Part shown: positions 62,787 to 64,000 of the stretch, piece after piece
How positions within the stretch are numbered: the first letter of the stretch is position 1
Layout: each line of letters begins with the position of its first letter
Source of the DNA: an uncultured Chloroflexia bacterium
Lineage (GTDB): Bacteria > Chloroflexota > Limnocylindria > Limnocylindrales > CSP1-4
Assembly: GCA_963716375.1 (NCBI GenBank)
Contig: OY970306.1
Location: forward strand, 3,202,441 to 3,266,440
DNA length: 64,000 nt
Direction of reading: 5' to 3'
Position numbers and translations under genes: made by a program
Notes under the pieces: generated by a model
What the model was told of the DNA's origin: nothing
The model's input: only the letters and a program-made list of their open reading frames with translations
Databases searched by the model: none

Positions 62787-63511
62787 GGAACACGACGATG
62801 ACACTCCTGGAAGGGCGCAACCTGCGCAAGACCTACCGGCTCAGCCGGCGCAACAGCCTTGACGCGCTGCGCGGCGTGGACGTCGCGATCGAGGCCGGCG
62901 AGATGGTCGCGATCATGGGCCCGTCGGGCTCCGGCAAGACCACCCTCATGCACCTCCTGGGCCTGCTCCACTCCCCGGACACGACCACCGGCGCGGCGCC
63001 GGAGCTGCGCTTCGACGGCACCGATGTCACCCGCCTCTCGGACGGCGCGCGGACCCGGATTCGGGCGCGGAGCATGGGCTTCGTGTTCCAGTCCTTCAAC
63101 CTGGTGCCGACCCTGACCGCGCTCGAGAACGTGATCCTCGCGGCGGACTATGCCGGAGTCCACGGCCCGACGGCCCGTCGAGCGGCGACGGATGCACTCG
63201 ACCTCGTGGGCCTGGCCGAGCGCGCCAGGCACCGGCCGATGGAACTCTCCGGCGGCGAGCAGCAGCGCGTCGCGCTGGCCCGGGCGCTCGTCAACTCGCC
63301 GCGGCTCCTGCTCGCGGACGAGCCGACCGGCAACCTCGATTCGGCACGCTCCGCCGAGGTCCTGGCACTGCTTCGGGGCTTCAACCGCGATCGCGGCCAG
63401 ACGACCGTGATCGTGACGCACGATCCCGCGGTCGCCGCCAGCACCGACCGCACGATCCACATGCGCGATGGGCTGATCGTCGGCCACGAATCGCTGGCGC
63501 TCGTCGCGTGA
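62783..63511 (+). CDS. ABC transporter ATP-binding protein (MacB/LolD-like)
   Basis: Walker A GPSGSGKTT, Q-loop, signature LSGGEQQRVALARAL, Walker B LLLADEPTGNLD and H-loop VTHD. GTG at 62783 (GTGA overlap) or ATG at 62798. Confidence 0.9.
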   Translation: MRNTTMTLLEGRNLRKTYRLSRRNSLDALRGVDVAIEAGEMVAIMGPSGSGKTTLMHLLGLLHSPDTTTGAAPELRFDGTDVTRLSDGARTRIRARSMGFVFQSFNLVPTLTALENVILAADYAGVHGPTARRAATDALDLVGLAERARHRPMELSGGEQQRVALARALVNSPRLLLADEPTGNLDSARSAEVLALLRGFNRDRGQTTVIVTHDPAVAASTDRTIHMRDGLIVGHESLALVA

Positions 63512-63560
63512 CGCTCGGAGCCTCACCCCGGGATTGACCGACGGGCGACGCCGGGCGCAG

Positions 63561-64000
63561 TTACCTCGTCCCGGTGATGAGCCGTTCGCGATCGAAGGCG
63601 ACCGACACGATTCGCCAGCCGAGCCCGTCGAGGATCAGCAGCAGGGCTGCCAGGCCGATGGCAAGGCCGAGCGAGATATGGATCACGTCGTACGCAACGA
63701 GGTAGATGACCAATACTGACGGCAGACTTGCGAGCGAACCGAGCTGCTGCGCCACGCGAAGGTCGGTCGAGCGGACCGAGAACGTGATGCCCACCCAGAT
63801 CGACCAGGTCGCCAGGAGTGGCGTGAAAATCAGCTGGGCGACGATGTCCGGGCCGTTGAAGACGGCCGACGCCACCTGCGGCTTCGCGAAGAGTGCGACC
63901 AGGGCGAGGAAGAAGGCGTAGACGACGAGGGAGATCACCAGCGATGGAATGAGCGTCGCGAGCGCCTTGGCCAGCAGGAACTCCTCGCGACGGATCGGGG
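63561..64000 (-). CDS. ABC-2-type transporter permease, 5' end beyond the window (partial)
   Basis: Hydrophobic C-terminal region. The reading frame stays open to the window edge (..PIRREEFLLAKALATLIPSLVISLVVYAFFL..). Confidence 0.55.
   Translation of the reverse strand, partial: PIRREEFLLAKALATLIPSLVISLVVYAFFLALVALFAKPQVASAVFNGPDIVAQLIFTPLLATWSIWVGITFSVRSTDLRVAQQLGSLASLPSVLVIYLVAYDVIHISLGLAIGLAALLLILDGLGWRIVSVAFDRERLITGTR

Overview
Very GC-rich bacterial chromosomal window. It is most likely actinobacterial (inference): it has an Mca-like mycothiol amidase, F420-type LLM and DDN-family enzymes, many GTG/TTG starts and many lipobox signal peptides. I can support about 60 protein-coding genes, 2 tRNAs (Asp-GTC, Arg-CCG) and one promoter-plus-terminator-bounded candidate sRNA. 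I saw no rRNA, CRISPR array, transposase or integrase. Main content in order: an SdpR/SdpI-like pair; a family III CoA-transferase; an operon of two tandem giant zinc-ribbon/class III cyclase/AAA/TPR paralogs plus a YbaK-type deacylase; mca-like, ltaE, DUF885, a HisA-like protein and two cyclophilins; a candidate sRNA followed by tRNA-Arg; a lipoprotein-rich locus (double beta-helix protein, DUF3558-like, HExxH protease-like, esterase) in which two genes share a ~251 bp near-identical leader/signal-peptide cassette; a complete PHA cluster (phaQ-like, phaE-like, phaC, phasin, phaB, phaA) whose PhaE-like gene carries a collagen-like GXY tract; malic enzyme, a patatin-like lipase and an ArsR/SRPBCC pair; two large secreted repeat proteins flanking an archaeal-type proS; two different STAND-LuxR regulators, each next to a small protein plus a DUF4386 membrane protein; and ABC transporter genes. 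Quality caveat: at least six apparent single-nucleotide frameshifts interrupt otherwise convincing genes. Several sit in short G/C runs, so assembly indels are a serious alternative to real pseudogenes. All family assignments come from reading motifs in the supplied translations by eye; no database search was run.
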